A stretch of 64,000 bases of DNA from a virus, in the IMG/VR virus record IMGVR_UViG_3300033562_000245, positions 54,499 to 118,498 of that record; one strand, 5' to 3'. The notes beneath the pieces are model-generated. The model saw only the letters and a list, made by a program, of their open reading frames with translations, was not told where the DNA came from and made no database searches. This document shows positions 49,383 through 60,073 of the stretch, piece by piece. How positions within the stretch are numbered: position 1 is the stretch's first letter; each line of letters starts with the position of its first letter. The translations under genes were made by a program, and so were the position numbers.

Positions 49383-51407
49383 TTAAATTGCTGTATATTT
49401 TTGAGCAATAACATCGACGTAATGAACAGTAGAGGCTTTTGCTTTCTGAAGACCGATTTGAATGTGGTCGATGTAACCGATATTCGCTTCATCTGCTGTT
49501 TGGTACACATTAACAGTGGAACCGCAGCGACCATTTAGCATAGTATTGAGCAAGTTGGCCGCCAAAGCTTTAGTGTTATAAAAACGAGTATCCGATTGTT
49601 CATCAGACCCTGTTCTCTGTGCCCATACTTTATAAGCAATCTGTTTAGCGAAACAGATCATGAACACAAATTCAAGATCCAACAGAGTACTAGTATCGTA
49701 CGGATAGACGCTTCTAAGTCCCGCATAAAACAACTGAACATCGTCATAATACTGACAGTAATTCAAACCAGCATTCCAAAGAGCCGTTTCGGTTTTAATA
49801 CTAGACGGAGTCCAGTTCAATTTAGTAAACAGGTCGTTGATGTTGTTAGGTGCCGGTGACATTCTAGAGTAGATAGTAGTTCTATTGAACCTCTCTGAAA
49901 ACTTAGAACACCACCAGAAAGTACCTGCAGGTACGACAGTATTTTTAATAGAATTGTTAGGAACTCCTGATTGACAGAAAATACCAACTCGTGTTGCCGG
50001 CGTACCAAACAAAGCAGACTCTCTCATAAGAAGAGCTCTACTATAAAGAGCCTGACCAACAGCTAGGTCTTCAGCTTGTGTCAATTCCGCAAGAGGAACA
50101 CCAAGAACGTCGGCGTACTGATAAGTACCAAGGATAGCTACAACATCTTCTCTGGTAGCGAGAAAGTCGAGCATTGCATATTTTACTGGTAGGCAGTATC
50201 CGGGATCATAAATAACGGTCATCGGATATCTAGCGGCATCGCGAATATCAGGATACGTATTAAGATTATAAACGTCCTGAAGCATTTCGAATTCGTTAGC
50301 AGTAGAAATATCACCATCACTACCACCGGTCATAAAATGGGTAATATTCTGAATCATATTAGCGCTTGTACCGGTATCAATTTCGATCGTATCGTATTCA
50401 AACTCGGTAAAAGGATTAATACATGACATCAAGTTCAATACACCAGCAGTAGTGTCGTCAAATAGATCGCCCAAGGACGCTTTTTCTGCCGCCGTCATTG
50501 TATCAGCAAGAAGTTGACAAATTGTAATATAGTTATTGTTATATGCGTGATAGTCAAATGAAATAAGATTATCAGCATAATACCGAGTCTGAAGAATATC
50601 GTTAATGCCGACATTCATCGACAACTGAGTGTCAATAACATCGGGAGCTAGAGTAAAACTATTCTCGACAGCGTCAAAAGCATCTCTGACATAATCTACA
50701 GTAGAAGAATTATATTCTCTAGATTTAATCCTCATGGCCCAACGTAGATTTTTCAACACTTCTAACTTGTCAGTTGTATTCTGTGCCGGGTTGTAATACA
50801 ATTCGATACCTGTATTATTTCCTGTCAGTCCTCCGGATTTTTCTTGTAGAGCTAGAATTGGATACTTTACATAAGTACCGTCAAGAGGAATAACAGTAGT
50901 AGTAACCTCAAGAGTATCAAAAGTCTTTCCTGTAGGAATATCTCCTATTGACCAAGAAATACTATACCCAGGAAGAGTGACAGGATCGTCGTTGGTATCG
51001 AGAGCCGGAACCCAGTCGCCAGTTGCATTCAATACTCTAGACCCATTGGCTGCTTTTGTATACTGAGGGATCTCAGATGCTTTGATCGTCAAATAAAGAA
51101 CAAGTCTTGATTTGGCAGCGTCATCAGGAATCAGTCTCATCATCCAACAACCGTTGTTTTCGAAAGAAGCTTTTGCATACATAGCAGTTCTTGTAAAGTA
51201 AGTTGTATTACTTTCATTGAACGTTTCTGCGCCGAATTCTTTCTTCGCGTCGGTAAAATTGTAATAGTAATTCAATCCCGGTTGCCCTTTTTGGGCGATG
51301 AGCGCATAAAAAGGTTTATCGAGAGGGAGTGGGGTTTTGATTGTGCCGACGTTGGATGCGGTTTCATCTTTAACGTTGACAATCACCTGTGGTGCTAATC
51401 CGGCCAT
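49383..51407 (-). CDS. Tail sheath protein (phiKZ gp29-like), 674 aa
   Basis: True start ATG 51407 with GGAGG RBS (MAGLAPQVIVNVKD); FMTGGSDG, IYDPGY, YAGLRSVY; myovirus sheath C-terminus. Confidence 0.85.
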   Translation of the reverse strand: MAGLAPQVIVNVKDETASNVGTIKTPLPLDKPFYALIAQKGQPGLNYYYNFTDAKKEFGAETFNESNTTYFTRTAMYAKASFENNGCWMMRLIPDDAAKSRLVLYLTIKASEIPQYTKAANGSRVLNATGDWVPALDTNDDPVTLPGYSISWSIGDIPTGKTFDTLEVTTTVIPLDGTYVKYPILALQEKSGGLTGNNTGIELYYNPAQNTTDKLEVLKNLRWAMRIKSREYNSSTVDYVRDAFDAVENSFTLAPDVIDTQLSMNVGINDILQTRYYADNLISFDYHAYNNNYITICQLLADTMTAAEKASLGDLFDDTTAGVLNLMSCINPFTEFEYDTIEIDTGTSANMIQNITHFMTGGSDGDISTANEFEMLQDVYNLNTYPDIRDAARYPMTVIYDPGYCLPVKYAMLDFLATREDVVAILGTYQYADVLGVPLAELTQAEDLAVGQALYSRALLMRESALFGTPATRVGIFCQSGVPNNSIKNTVVPAGTFWWCSKFSERFNRTTIYSRMSPAPNNINDLFTKLNWTPSSIKTETALWNAGLNYCQYYDDVQLFYAGLRSVYPYDTSTLLDLEFVFMICFAKQIAYKVWAQRTGSDEQSDTRFYNTKALAANLLNTMLNGRCGSTVNVYQTADEANIGYIDHIQIGLQKAKASTVHYVDVIAQKYTAI

Positions 51408-51787
51408 AATTAAATCCTCCTGAACAGAGATAATCACAATGAACAATGATATGAGAAAATCTCTATTAATTTCAAAGACCAAGCTTTGAGTTTTTTGTTC
51501 GAGCTTGGCTCGAAACCAATAGTTGTTTGCCGACAGAACATATAGTTCTATTAATGTTAATAATTTGACATTCTCTTCATTTGAAAAATGAGAGATTCCC
51601 ATCGAATTAAATTCTCGAGGCAATCCCGGCTCGCCCGACCGTTCAAACTATTAAGTTATTTTTATTATTAAAAACCATAACTTGGTTTTCGTTTCTGGTT
51701 TTTAATAAACATTATTTAATAGTTTCATCCCTATCTAAACCTAAAAGAAGGGTTTTAATGTTTTTTTAATAATATAAGGACAAAAAG

Positions 51788-52819
51788 ATGTTTACTAAAC
51801 CAACAATAGAAGATACTCAAATCGGGGTAAACACAGCAATTAAAATGCAAATGAAGGAAGCAGCAGCTTTCTTATTGCAATACTATAACATGGTAGCTGT
51901 AGAGAACAACGACCTCACGACATTAAAAAACCTAAAGAACTTTAGTAATTCTTCCGTATCAAAATTATTCACCCATATTGTCGACGCCAATAAATTAGAT
52001 AAATTTATATGCCTTGACTATAGTAGATTGAAAAATATTAGTATACCGGAATTATTAACTTTAGGTGCTATTACGATAGACGGTTCTAATGACACAACAT
52101 TGTCCCGAAATTTACAAAAAGTATGGTGCAACATTACTCCGTACATACGTAAAAGAACATCTATGTCAGAGAATATCATTTATACCGATGTAAACAAAGT
52201 ACATGAATTGTTTATAAGAGGTGCTATCAGTAAAGCTTATAATAGCAGTACGGATATCTATTTAAATTCTGATATCGCAACGCTACTTATAGAATCATAC
52301 GCATTAACTATTACGGGACTTTTAGCTACAGCATACAATCTAAATTCATTACAAGATAGGGCTATAATCACTATACTATTTGCAGCGTTTATGGCACAAA
52401 GAGTTAATCCCGGCGGAAGTTTAGATATGCCAGAAATGCTTAATAAATGTAAAAGATTATACGGACCATCGACTGGTGTTGATATTTCTATCCTACCTCA
52501 CTTTATGAAATTTAAAGAGAATCCGAACACTCCTTTAAGTATCTATGACGTATGCGCTATATTGAGCGAACACGGTCCTATTAGAATGAAGACATTCACA
52601 GTTAATCATTTGAATTCTTTGTTCTCTAGAGGATCTGCTGCTGACACCCAAATAATGCTGATAGCGTTAGAATACCCTCCGTATTACATGATGCAATTGT
52701 TGTTACTAGCTGATAATTATAAAAATTATACTTTAGCCTCAAATCACAACAATAAAAAATATGCTCAGGCTTTGGCCGAGAAACTAATGACTTGTAGGGA
52801 ATTTATCCCTGCTTTATAA
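51788..52819 (+). CDS. Virion structural protein (phiKZ gp28-like position)
   Basis: Divergent from the sheath; ALEYPPY motif; synteny. Confidence 0.6.
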   Translation: MFTKPTIEDTQIGVNTAIKMQMKEAAAFLLQYYNMVAVENNDLTTLKNLKNFSNSSVSKLFTHIVDANKLDKFICLDYSRLKNISIPELLTLGAITIDGSNDTTLSRNLQKVWCNITPYIRKRTSMSENIIYTDVNKVHELFIRGAISKAYNSSTDIYLNSDIATLLIESYALTITGLLATAYNLNSLQDRAIITILFAAFMAQRVNPGGSLDMPEMLNKCKRLYGPSTGVDISILPHFMKFKENPNTPLSIYDVCAILSEHGPIRMKTFTVNHLNSLFSRGSAADTQIMLIALEYPPYYMMQLLLLADNYKNYTLASNHNNKKYAQALAEKLMTCREFIPAL

Positions 52820-52838
52820 TAAACCAGGGAGATTATAA

Positions 52839-55430
52839 ATGGATACGAATACTATCTGCGGTATATTAAACGAATATCTCTTTCGGAAAGTTTGGAATCA
52901 GAATTATGAAGATTCTAAATTATCTGCAAGATTATTTCGTTGGATAGAAAAATCTGTGAACGGGGGTATTCGTACCCCAACAGGAACTGTTTATCTGCCT
53001 ACTTTAAATGAACCGTATTATGTTTTTATGGTTAATTTTACTCAATTAAGTTATAAAGATCTAAATCTAACGGAAGCCTGGACAGATCTTGCTACTATAA
53101 ATAACGCATCAGATTATGAGATACGAATAATTAATAGAGGACACGTTCTCTACGGTAAAGAAATCTATCTATGTAGATACGGTGCCACGAATGATATATT
53201 TTTAGTCGTAAGTAAAAAGATGTTCCATGCGATATGTGGGCCAAACAACGAAAGAGATGCGAGTGATAATTTTATCCATAAAGAAAAATTTACTAACATC
53301 CTAGTCAGAAAAGAAACAGCTTTCGTATCTGTTAAAAGTATCCACATAGAAACTATACAGGATAGAGTTACAGCATTAGGTTACTGTAATGAAGTAAATA
53401 CTTGTATACTTCTTAACGGCGAAAAACAGAACAGTGTAACATACGAAGCATTGGTTATAGGCAGTTATCTAGAGGTTATTAACGATACCAATATCGTTGT
53501 AAATTATACGTTAGATTTGAGTGTTAGTAAACCAACATTTATATCTCAAGATGATAATAAACTATACGTTTTATGTCACACACCTAAAGCACAGAATCCT
53601 GCTAATCATGTTCTTACGTCCAACCTATTAGAAGTATACGTTTTTGCTAAACACAGTGATAATACGTTATCTGACGGTCTACTTTTATTCAGTGAAACAT
53701 TAAAATTAAAACATGTTACTCACAATGATTTTGCAATTCCTAATGACTTATTGGTAGCATATAGTCAATTGATAGGTAGCGGCGAAATTGTATTAAACGT
53801 ACAATGTAAAATTTATTCTAATACTCATACTTTGATTAGAGATAAAAATTATATTGATCTTCTATACAAACATAGCGATTCCGAGATACTAAATTTTCTA
53901 AACGGTATCGGTTTGGCTGTATTTAGTTTCTGGACGTCCGGTGTATTGTCAGCTAGTAATTATGTTAAATACTTTAATGCGTTTCCTACATTTGTAGATT
54001 CTACCAATCTAGATACGTTTATAGATACGTTTGGGTATCAACAGATCTTAGCGATATTAACTGACCGTATAAGAACATTTACTTATAATGAAACTGTTCA
54101 ATATCCATTTGTCGTACAACCACCATCTTCATTTATAGGCGATACGTTACCTGTTCTTTATAGAAACGGTATTAAGGTATCGTACGACGACGTGGTGGTA
54201 TCTAAATTATTAGATAATTACATTTCTATCGAAGTGCCCTTATTAAATCTTGTTAATGGTGATAAATGGATAATAGAACTGTTTGAGAAAACAAATTTAG
54301 GTGTTGCTGAATTTACTCCTTTATTATCAAATCATACGATTGTTATGCAATCTAATCATTACGACGTATACCAAAGAGAAGCAATACCTTCTATAAAAGG
54401 TGTAAACGAAACATTCGAATTTGGTTATACGCTTAGCAGCGATTATGTGATAATAGAAAACGGAACAAACTACTCCTATCTATTTGACGACACTTCTTAT
54501 AGTAAACAATACATATTTGTACCTAAATCGGGCATTGATGTTTATATAAAAGATTTAGAACAAAGCGTATTTAACGTCGACCCCTTATATGTAACTTTAG
54601 ACACTGCGGTCATAGGACAGGGATTTAAAATTCCTTTGTTGGGCGTAAACACCACCGTCGTTACTTTAAACGGAAAAGAATTGGTCTCCGGTGTAGATTA
54701 TAAATTAGTAGAAATAAAAGACGGGACTAAAATAGTGGCTTACCAAGTTGTTATTTATAACGCTTTATATCTAACTAACAATAGTAACGTGGTTGAGATT
54801 ATTGCCGATAAGTCGGAATCATATAAAACTGTTAACTTTTTTAATAGTGACGTTGAGAATTTTATTCCTAATGTATTCAACTGGTTTGATACTATCAGTA
54901 CAGCTACGTGTGACGGCGCTCAAATATACAGTGCAAGTTCAGACGGGACAGGTTTGGTTGTATTGGATAGTCATAGATCCGGGGCTCTTATCGGAACTAG
55001 AACTATATTCTCGGAGTCTACTCAACAGTTTATAGCTACTTATAAATCAGACGAAGCTGATTCGGTGTATAATTCTTTAGTTACTTATTTTATACAGAGA
55101 AACCCGCCGTATACAGGACTTGTAACTATTCCTTATGCTCATGTTCTTTATAGTATTAAATTGTGTATGATTATACGAGACTTATTAAACAGTAGTTTAG
55201 AGTTAGCGTACGATCCTGATCCACAAAGAATGTTAAATCAAGTCGCAGATTATAACTATTTAGATGCCTACGATATAATCAACGACTCATTAGACAAAAG
55301 ATTTATTGATTACAATCCTCTATACAGAGAAATACAAGTTATAAATCCTGCGTTATACAACATAATAAATCATATCGGTAAAACTATAATTGACGATCCT
55401 ATTACTTATACCGACGGTGCATTGACATAA
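52839..55430 (+). CDS. Virion structural protein (phiKZ gp27-like position)
   Basis: 863 aa, VWNQNYED N-terminus; synteny. Confidence 0.6.
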   Translation: MDTNTICGILNEYLFRKVWNQNYEDSKLSARLFRWIEKSVNGGIRTPTGTVYLPTLNEPYYVFMVNFTQLSYKDLNLTEAWTDLATINNASDYEIRIINRGHVLYGKEIYLCRYGATNDIFLVVSKKMFHAICGPNNERDASDNFIHKEKFTNILVRKETAFVSVKSIHIETIQDRVTALGYCNEVNTCILLNGEKQNSVTYEALVIGSYLEVINDTNIVVNYTLDLSVSKPTFISQDDNKLYVLCHTPKAQNPANHVLTSNLLEVYVFAKHSDNTLSDGLLLFSETLKLKHVTHNDFAIPNDLLVAYSQLIGSGEIVLNVQCKIYSNTHTLIRDKNYIDLLYKHSDSEILNFLNGIGLAVFSFWTSGVLSASNYVKYFNAFPTFVDSTNLDTFIDTFGYQQILAILTDRIRTFTYNETVQYPFVVQPPSSFIGDTLPVLYRNGIKVSYDDVVVSKLLDNYISIEVPLLNLVNGDKWIIELFEKTNLGVAEFTPLLSNHTIVMQSNHYDVYQREAIPSIKGVNETFEFGYTLSSDYVIIENGTNYSYLFDDTSYSKQYIFVPKSGIDVYIKDLEQSVFNVDPLYVTLDTAVIGQGFKIPLLGVNTTVVTLNGKELVSGVDYKLVEIKDGTKIVAYQVVIYNALYLTNNSNVVEIIADKSESYKTVNFFNSDVENFIPNVFNWFDTISTATCDGAQIYSASSDGTGLVVLDSHRSGALIGTRTIFSESTQQFIATYKSDEADSVYNSLVTYFIQRNPPYTGLVTIPYAHVLYSIKLCMIIRDLLNSSLELAYDPDPQRMLNQVADYNYLDAYDIINDSLDKRFIDYNPLYREIQVINPALYNIINHIGKTIIDDPITYTDGALT

Positions 55431-55483
55431 AAAGCTTTACGCTTGTTAATTTGAGCAAATAAAGCGAACAAGGAGATTTTTGA

Positions 55484-57130
55484 ATGATTGTTTATAATCC
55501 CCAAACACCTGGTGTATATCTATCCAGTCAGATATATGTCAGTGAGATAGATCACGATCCGCAGACATCGTCCAAGATAGTCCCTGCTGTCGGTAGCATC
55601 GTTTCTTTTCCTGGTGGTATAATTAAACTCGTATCCGCTGTCGACAGTATTACTCTCGATAGTACTTTTACCGATGTTATAATTCCTTACGACAACGATC
55701 GTTCGCATGAGGTGGTTAACTTCGGTAAAGATTGTTTAATGTTGTACTATGACATCCGTCAAATACCTACACGACTAACCGTCGATAATAAATTAGTTCT
55801 TATGGGAGAAAATTCTGTAGGTTACAGAATCCTTAGAACAAATCTCGACGGGTCTACCGAAGTTATTTCTATTAAATTAGATAACAATGGAGACGTAGTT
55901 AATAACGGAGGAATAATTCCTATTACAGAAACGTCCGTTAATCACATTCTTGTTTGTGCTAACGGTTATACGAACCATACATTAACTGACGGTGAGTTAG
56001 TTAAAATGGAAGTAATCGACTCCGCAGGTACGGTAACTATGGAGATCCATTTGATCACCAAACAGTCTGCCATACTGAATACTCTTGCACTCGCTTATAA
56101 TCCTATCGTAGGATTCGATGCTGAGTGTAGTCAGATTGTTGGAAATGACTGGGTACTATATCTAGATCAGAATCCTAATGAAATTTCTATATACCCGTAT
56201 ATGTCATATGCCGACGGTTCAAAACAAATGACGCCGGTCGATAATATGAATACTTTTATGTACGGATTCGACGCTATCATTACAGATTTTCCTGGTGCAA
56301 AATATGAGATACTTATTAAGCATTTTCTTGGGCCCAATGATTTAGCAACCATAGATCAGGTGGCGGACAATACAAGATTTGTAACCTTGGTCAAAACCCT
56401 AGTCATTGACGCCTTAGAAAAATATACCTATAGTAAACTAATTCCTGTTCCGGTATGGAATACCTCCAATAGTACGTATTCTCTACGGTGGTTGGCTTAT
56501 TATGAAACGAGAAATTCTATTACAGATGTGACGAACTTAATCGAATATGTAGCCGGTTTCTCTTTTATAAATAATCAGTTTAATACTGAACAAGAAATTC
56601 AAGTTACTGTACCTTATACGAACCAAAACGGAACAACGGCTATTTTCACTAATACGTTTTGGTTGACGCTGACGACACCGGGTAGTATAGAACCATTCCT
56701 AATTAAGAGTTCTGTTAATGGTATTGCTTACGGTAGTCAAAATGCTAATTACAGTAGACCGAGACTGATGTATGATACCGATCTACAGCAATATTTTATT
56801 CCTAGTGTTGTGTTTCCAACGGCCCAGTCGTTCTTGACGAACTTTTATTATAATGCATCTCCGCCTTGGCTAACCACATTAGAAACACAAGCCCCTGTTC
56901 CCACGCATTTCACAATTAGAAATTCAGCATCTTTGAATACGATACTAATGACGCCCATCCCAATTGAACAATACAACGGTATCATAACATTGATTTCTCC
57001 TACCGTACCTAGTGCTTTTGTGGACGGAACAGTTATAGTTGAATTCCTAACAGCAACTGTAGCAGGTTATAATGTTCTCTACGGTGTTCCTGTAGAAGTG
57101 TTTACTTCTATTACCGGTTATGTTGGATAA
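55484..57130 (+). CDS. Virion structural/baseplate protein (phiKZ gp26-like position)
   Basis: 548 aa; VPAVGSIV, RLTVDNKL, NFYYNASPP; synteny. Confidence 0.6.
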   Translation: MIVYNPQTPGVYLSSQIYVSEIDHDPQTSSKIVPAVGSIVSFPGGIIKLVSAVDSITLDSTFTDVIIPYDNDRSHEVVNFGKDCLMLYYDIRQIPTRLTVDNKLVLMGENSVGYRILRTNLDGSTEVISIKLDNNGDVVNNGGIIPITETSVNHILVCANGYTNHTLTDGELVKMEVIDSAGTVTMEIHLITKQSAILNTLALAYNPIVGFDAECSQIVGNDWVLYLDQNPNEISIYPYMSYADGSKQMTPVDNMNTFMYGFDAIITDFPGAKYEILIKHFLGPNDLATIDQVADNTRFVTLVKTLVIDALEKYTYSKLIPVPVWNTSNSTYSLRWLAYYETRNSITDVTNLIEYVAGFSFINNQFNTEQEIQVTVPYTNQNGTTAIFTNTFWLTLTTPGSIEPFLIKSSVNGIAYGSQNANYSRPRLMYDTDLQQYFIPSVVFPTAQSFLTNFYYNASPPWLTTLETQAPVPTHFTIRNSASLNTILMTPIPIEQYNGIITLISPTVPSAFVDGTVIVEFLTATVAGYNVLYGVPVEVFTSITGYVG

Positions 57131-57143
57131 TAAATAAATATAC

Positions 57144-57167
57144 ACCGACCCCTTATAAAGGGTCGGT
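57144..57167. terminator. Hairpin, terminator-like
   Basis: ACCGACCC-CTTATAAA-GGGTCGGT. Confidence 0.7.
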
Positions 57168-57191
57168 AGTATAAAATTCTTGGAGGGGTCA

Positions 57192-58496
57192 GTGATCCTA
57201 TGTATAGTAAAAGAAGATAAACGGGTAATTGCTTTTGATAAGTCATATATGACATTCCCTGAATTAACATCTTCTATAAAACCGTCAGATAATTATTATG
57301 TCATCTCTCAAGTAGATGGAATATTATACTCAGCTAATTTATCTCTTATACTAAACAGATGCCCTAGTACTATAAACACCTGGGATTTATTTGAAACGTA
57401 TTTAACAACGGGTTTATTAACAGGCGCTGTTAAAAGATCACCTAGAATAAATTATGTTTGGTCAAAGCAGGGAGAAAAAATAGTTTCTATTGCTCCGCCT
57501 ATAGAAACAACAACAAATATTATCTATAGAAGCAGCAATTCTGCGGCTATATATCCGTTTGATACATACAACGATATCGTAGCCGATTACGGCTCAAGAA
57601 TCAATCCCGGGGTTAGAAATATTTCTGGTTTGAGATCGATGCTAACAGATGTTATATTTAGAAAGGTGAATCCAACCAACACTCTAGATTTTAATAACAC
57701 AATACCTATTATAAACGGTATGTGCATAGCACCTGTCGTATACAACGAAGAATTGTATGCGCCTTATGGGACGAATTATTTACTTAAAGAAGAGAATAAA
57801 AATATTCTTTTAATGGACCTATCTCCACTTGGTGATATAGAAATTGTTAGGTTAAAAGATTGTACACCAAACACATCCCCAGTTTTTAATTTCTTAGAAA
57901 TTATTCTTCCGATTACACATTCATTAGCTAACAAATCTGTTATTTTAGTTCTGGGTGGTAGGATGTTTTTCCAGGATGAACTATATATTCCTTCTGACAG
58001 ATTAATATCTATTTCTTTAAAACAACACAATATTCATAATGTTTTAATTAGTAATAGAATATGGGTTAAAGATTATGATACCCCGTATACGATGACAAAA
58101 TCTAATTTATCTTATTATATAAACACTCAAATATGGGATACCAACGATTATAACAATTTTATTGTTATTATTGATAACCCCAACGTTAAAACATCTGAAT
58201 ATTCGATAAGCGAATCGTTTCAAAGATCCCTACTAGAGAAAAGTAATAATTTATTTACTATAGATAAGAATAACTCTAAACAGGGATTTGTAATTAGATT
58301 AAGTAATAGGGATATTATAGATTACACATGGATTAAAAAGAGATCTAGAGATCTTATTATGTTTACACCTACTCCAAATATAGTAATTCCTGATGAAGAT
58401 ATTGGATATATAGAAACTTCCGCCGTTAAAACTTATGGTAATAGAGTTGTTGATTCCGGTTATGTCTATAAAAATATCTTTTCTGTTGATTCATAA
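57192..58496 (+). CDS. Probable virion structural protein
   Basis: Start moved to GTG 57192 (GGAGG RBS); IPIINGMC, VILVLGGRMF. Confidence 0.55.
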   Translation: MILCIVKEDKRVIAFDKSYMTFPELTSSIKPSDNYYVISQVDGILYSANLSLILNRCPSTINTWDLFETYLTTGLLTGAVKRSPRINYVWSKQGEKIVSIAPPIETTTNIIYRSSNSAAIYPFDTYNDIVADYGSRINPGVRNISGLRSMLTDVIFRKVNPTNTLDFNNTIPIINGMCIAPVVYNEELYAPYGTNYLLKEENKNILLMDLSPLGDIEIVRLKDCTPNTSPVFNFLEIILPITHSLANKSVILVLGGRMFFQDELYIPSDRLISISLKQHNIHNVLISNRIWVKDYDTPYTMTKSNLSYYINTQIWDTNDYNNFIVIIDNPNVKTSEYSISESFQRSLLEKSNNLFTIDKNNSKQGFVIRLSNRDIIDYTWIKKRSRDLIMFTPTPNIVIPDEDIGYIETSAVKTYGNRVVDSGYVYKNIFSVDS

Positions 58497-58541
58497 ACGA
58501 TATTAAGAACTTTTTAAATCAGGGAATAAAAGGAATTCGGA

Positions 58542-59228
58542 ATGCTTAATGATGGAAAATATTTTAAAAGAGATAAGGTTACTAATAAGGTTTATTTTAT
58601 AGGCACAAAATTAGAGATCTTCGTTTCTGTTCGTTTTGAAAACTATAAATGTCTGAAAACAGATAATGACCTTACAACTCTTGCTCTCTTTGATATGATT
58701 ATCGATGATAAAATAGAAGATGCTTTCTTTTTACCCGCAGTTATTACAATGGAACCTTCGTCTATGAAAACTGTTACGGTGGGTGATAATAAATTTATTA
58801 AAGCTACCTTTCAGTACGGTGATTGTTTTATAGCAAATACAGTAGTATCAAAGACGACAGACTTCGGGTATGTAATATTCTATGAGCTAATTAACAGCGG
58901 TAATAGGTCCAAGCACCTTACTTATGACAAGATAGCAAAAATCTTTGATATACTGGGTAATGTTTGTGACGTTAAAGCCCAAACAAATAGAAAGACTGCG
59001 GAATTACTTATGTCGTGGATATATAGAGACAAAAAGAACTTATCTATCTTCTATAGACAAACAGACATGAAAGAACCCCCGCAAGAATTGATGTTTAAAG
59101 ATACAGCCCACGCGGCGATATCTGCTACAGGTAAATTAATAGGAAACTATTGGGATGATTCTATTCGATCTGCTATAGTTAACCCTGCTACAGACCTTAG
59201 CGATGTAGAAGAAAATCTTAGATCTTAA
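58542..59228 (+). CDS. Conserved hypothetical protein (phiKZ gp174-like position)
   Basis: 228 aa directly upstream of the head protease; AAGGA RBS. Confidence 0.55.
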   Translation: MLNDGKYFKRDKVTNKVYFIGTKLEIFVSVRFENYKCLKTDNDLTTLALFDMIIDDKIEDAFFLPAVITMEPSSMKTVTVGDNKFIKATFQYGDCFIANTVVSKTTDFGYVIFYELINSGNRSKHLTYDKIAKIFDILGNVCDVKAQTNRKTAELLMSWIYRDKKNLSIFYRQTDMKEPPQELMFKDTAHAAISATGKLIGNYWDDSIRSAIVNPATDLSDVEENLRS

Positions 59229-59240
59229 GGAATTTAAATT

Positions 59241-60053
59241 ATGGCCGGTTATTCGATGGAAATACTATCTATGAAGGTAAAGAACGGTAAATCCGTCAAA
59301 GCCCTCAAACCTGATAGTTCTGGATTTTATAGAGGACTGCCCGTCCTTGTTTTAGGTAAAGGTTCTCGTAATTGCGATTATGAGGTTGAGTCCCTTAAAG
59401 AATCTATTTTTGGTCTCGAATCTAACTTTAGAAAACGAGTAGAAGAATGCAACTGCGAAGGTGAACAAGGCCATCCTTTTTTCAGTGGCCCCCCTGAGGC
59501 TCAGTTTGCTCGTCTATTCTTTATAGATAAGACTAGAACAAGTCACAATATCTTTAACGTTAGACCTGTAAAAATGGACAGCGGCGATACTCTTGTAGTT
59601 ATGGATGTTAAACCTTCCGGTCCTTATTACGATAGCATGAAGAGAAGTTTGGAGGATCCTGATATTAATACTGCATTCTCTATGCGCGTATTTTGCTTCC
59701 CTCCGACTCAACAATCTAATGGTCGACTATTAAAGAAAGTAAGAGAATTTGTTACTATCGATCATGAAGGAACTCCTGGATGGGAAGAAGCTTCTAAGCG
59801 GTACATCTCTTCTGGTGTTAATAGTATGGAGACTTTACACACTCAAGATTGCTACGTATCGGACATGATTAAGATTGTTACATCAAGTACAGCTTTAGGA
59901 CATGAAGCGGTGAATAACCAATTGTTCGATATACTACAATCGGATGAAGTTGTCCTTGAAAACAAATCATTTATAATCGACAAGTTGAATAATAAACTTT
60001 ATAATAAAAAGGGTCAGCCTCTTAATCCTTTTCACACTTTCTATAATCTTTAA
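59241..60053 (+). CDS. Prohead (head maturation) protease, phiKZ gp175-like
   Basis: GEQGHP (catalytic His), VKPSGP, AFSMR (catalytic Ser), VTID...PG. Confidence 0.88.
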   Translation: MAGYSMEILSMKVKNGKSVKALKPDSSGFYRGLPVLVLGKGSRNCDYEVESLKESIFGLESNFRKRVEECNCEGEQGHPFFSGPPEAQFARLFFIDKTRTSHNIFNVRPVKMDSGDTLVVMDVKPSGPYYDSMKRSLEDPDINTAFSMRVFCFPPTQQSNGRLLKKVREFVTIDHEGTPGWEEASKRYISSGVNSMETLHTQDCYVSDMIKIVTSSTALGHEAVNNQLFDILQSDEVVLENKSFIIDKLNNKLYNKKGQPLNPFHTFYNL

Positions 60054-60073
60054 TAGGGATCGGAGTTTACATT

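Noticed and set aside
51408-51623. 72-aa N-terminal extension of the tail sheath in the ORF track
   Set aside because: Strong GGAGG RBS precedes ATG 51407; the upstream sequence looks like a structured leader
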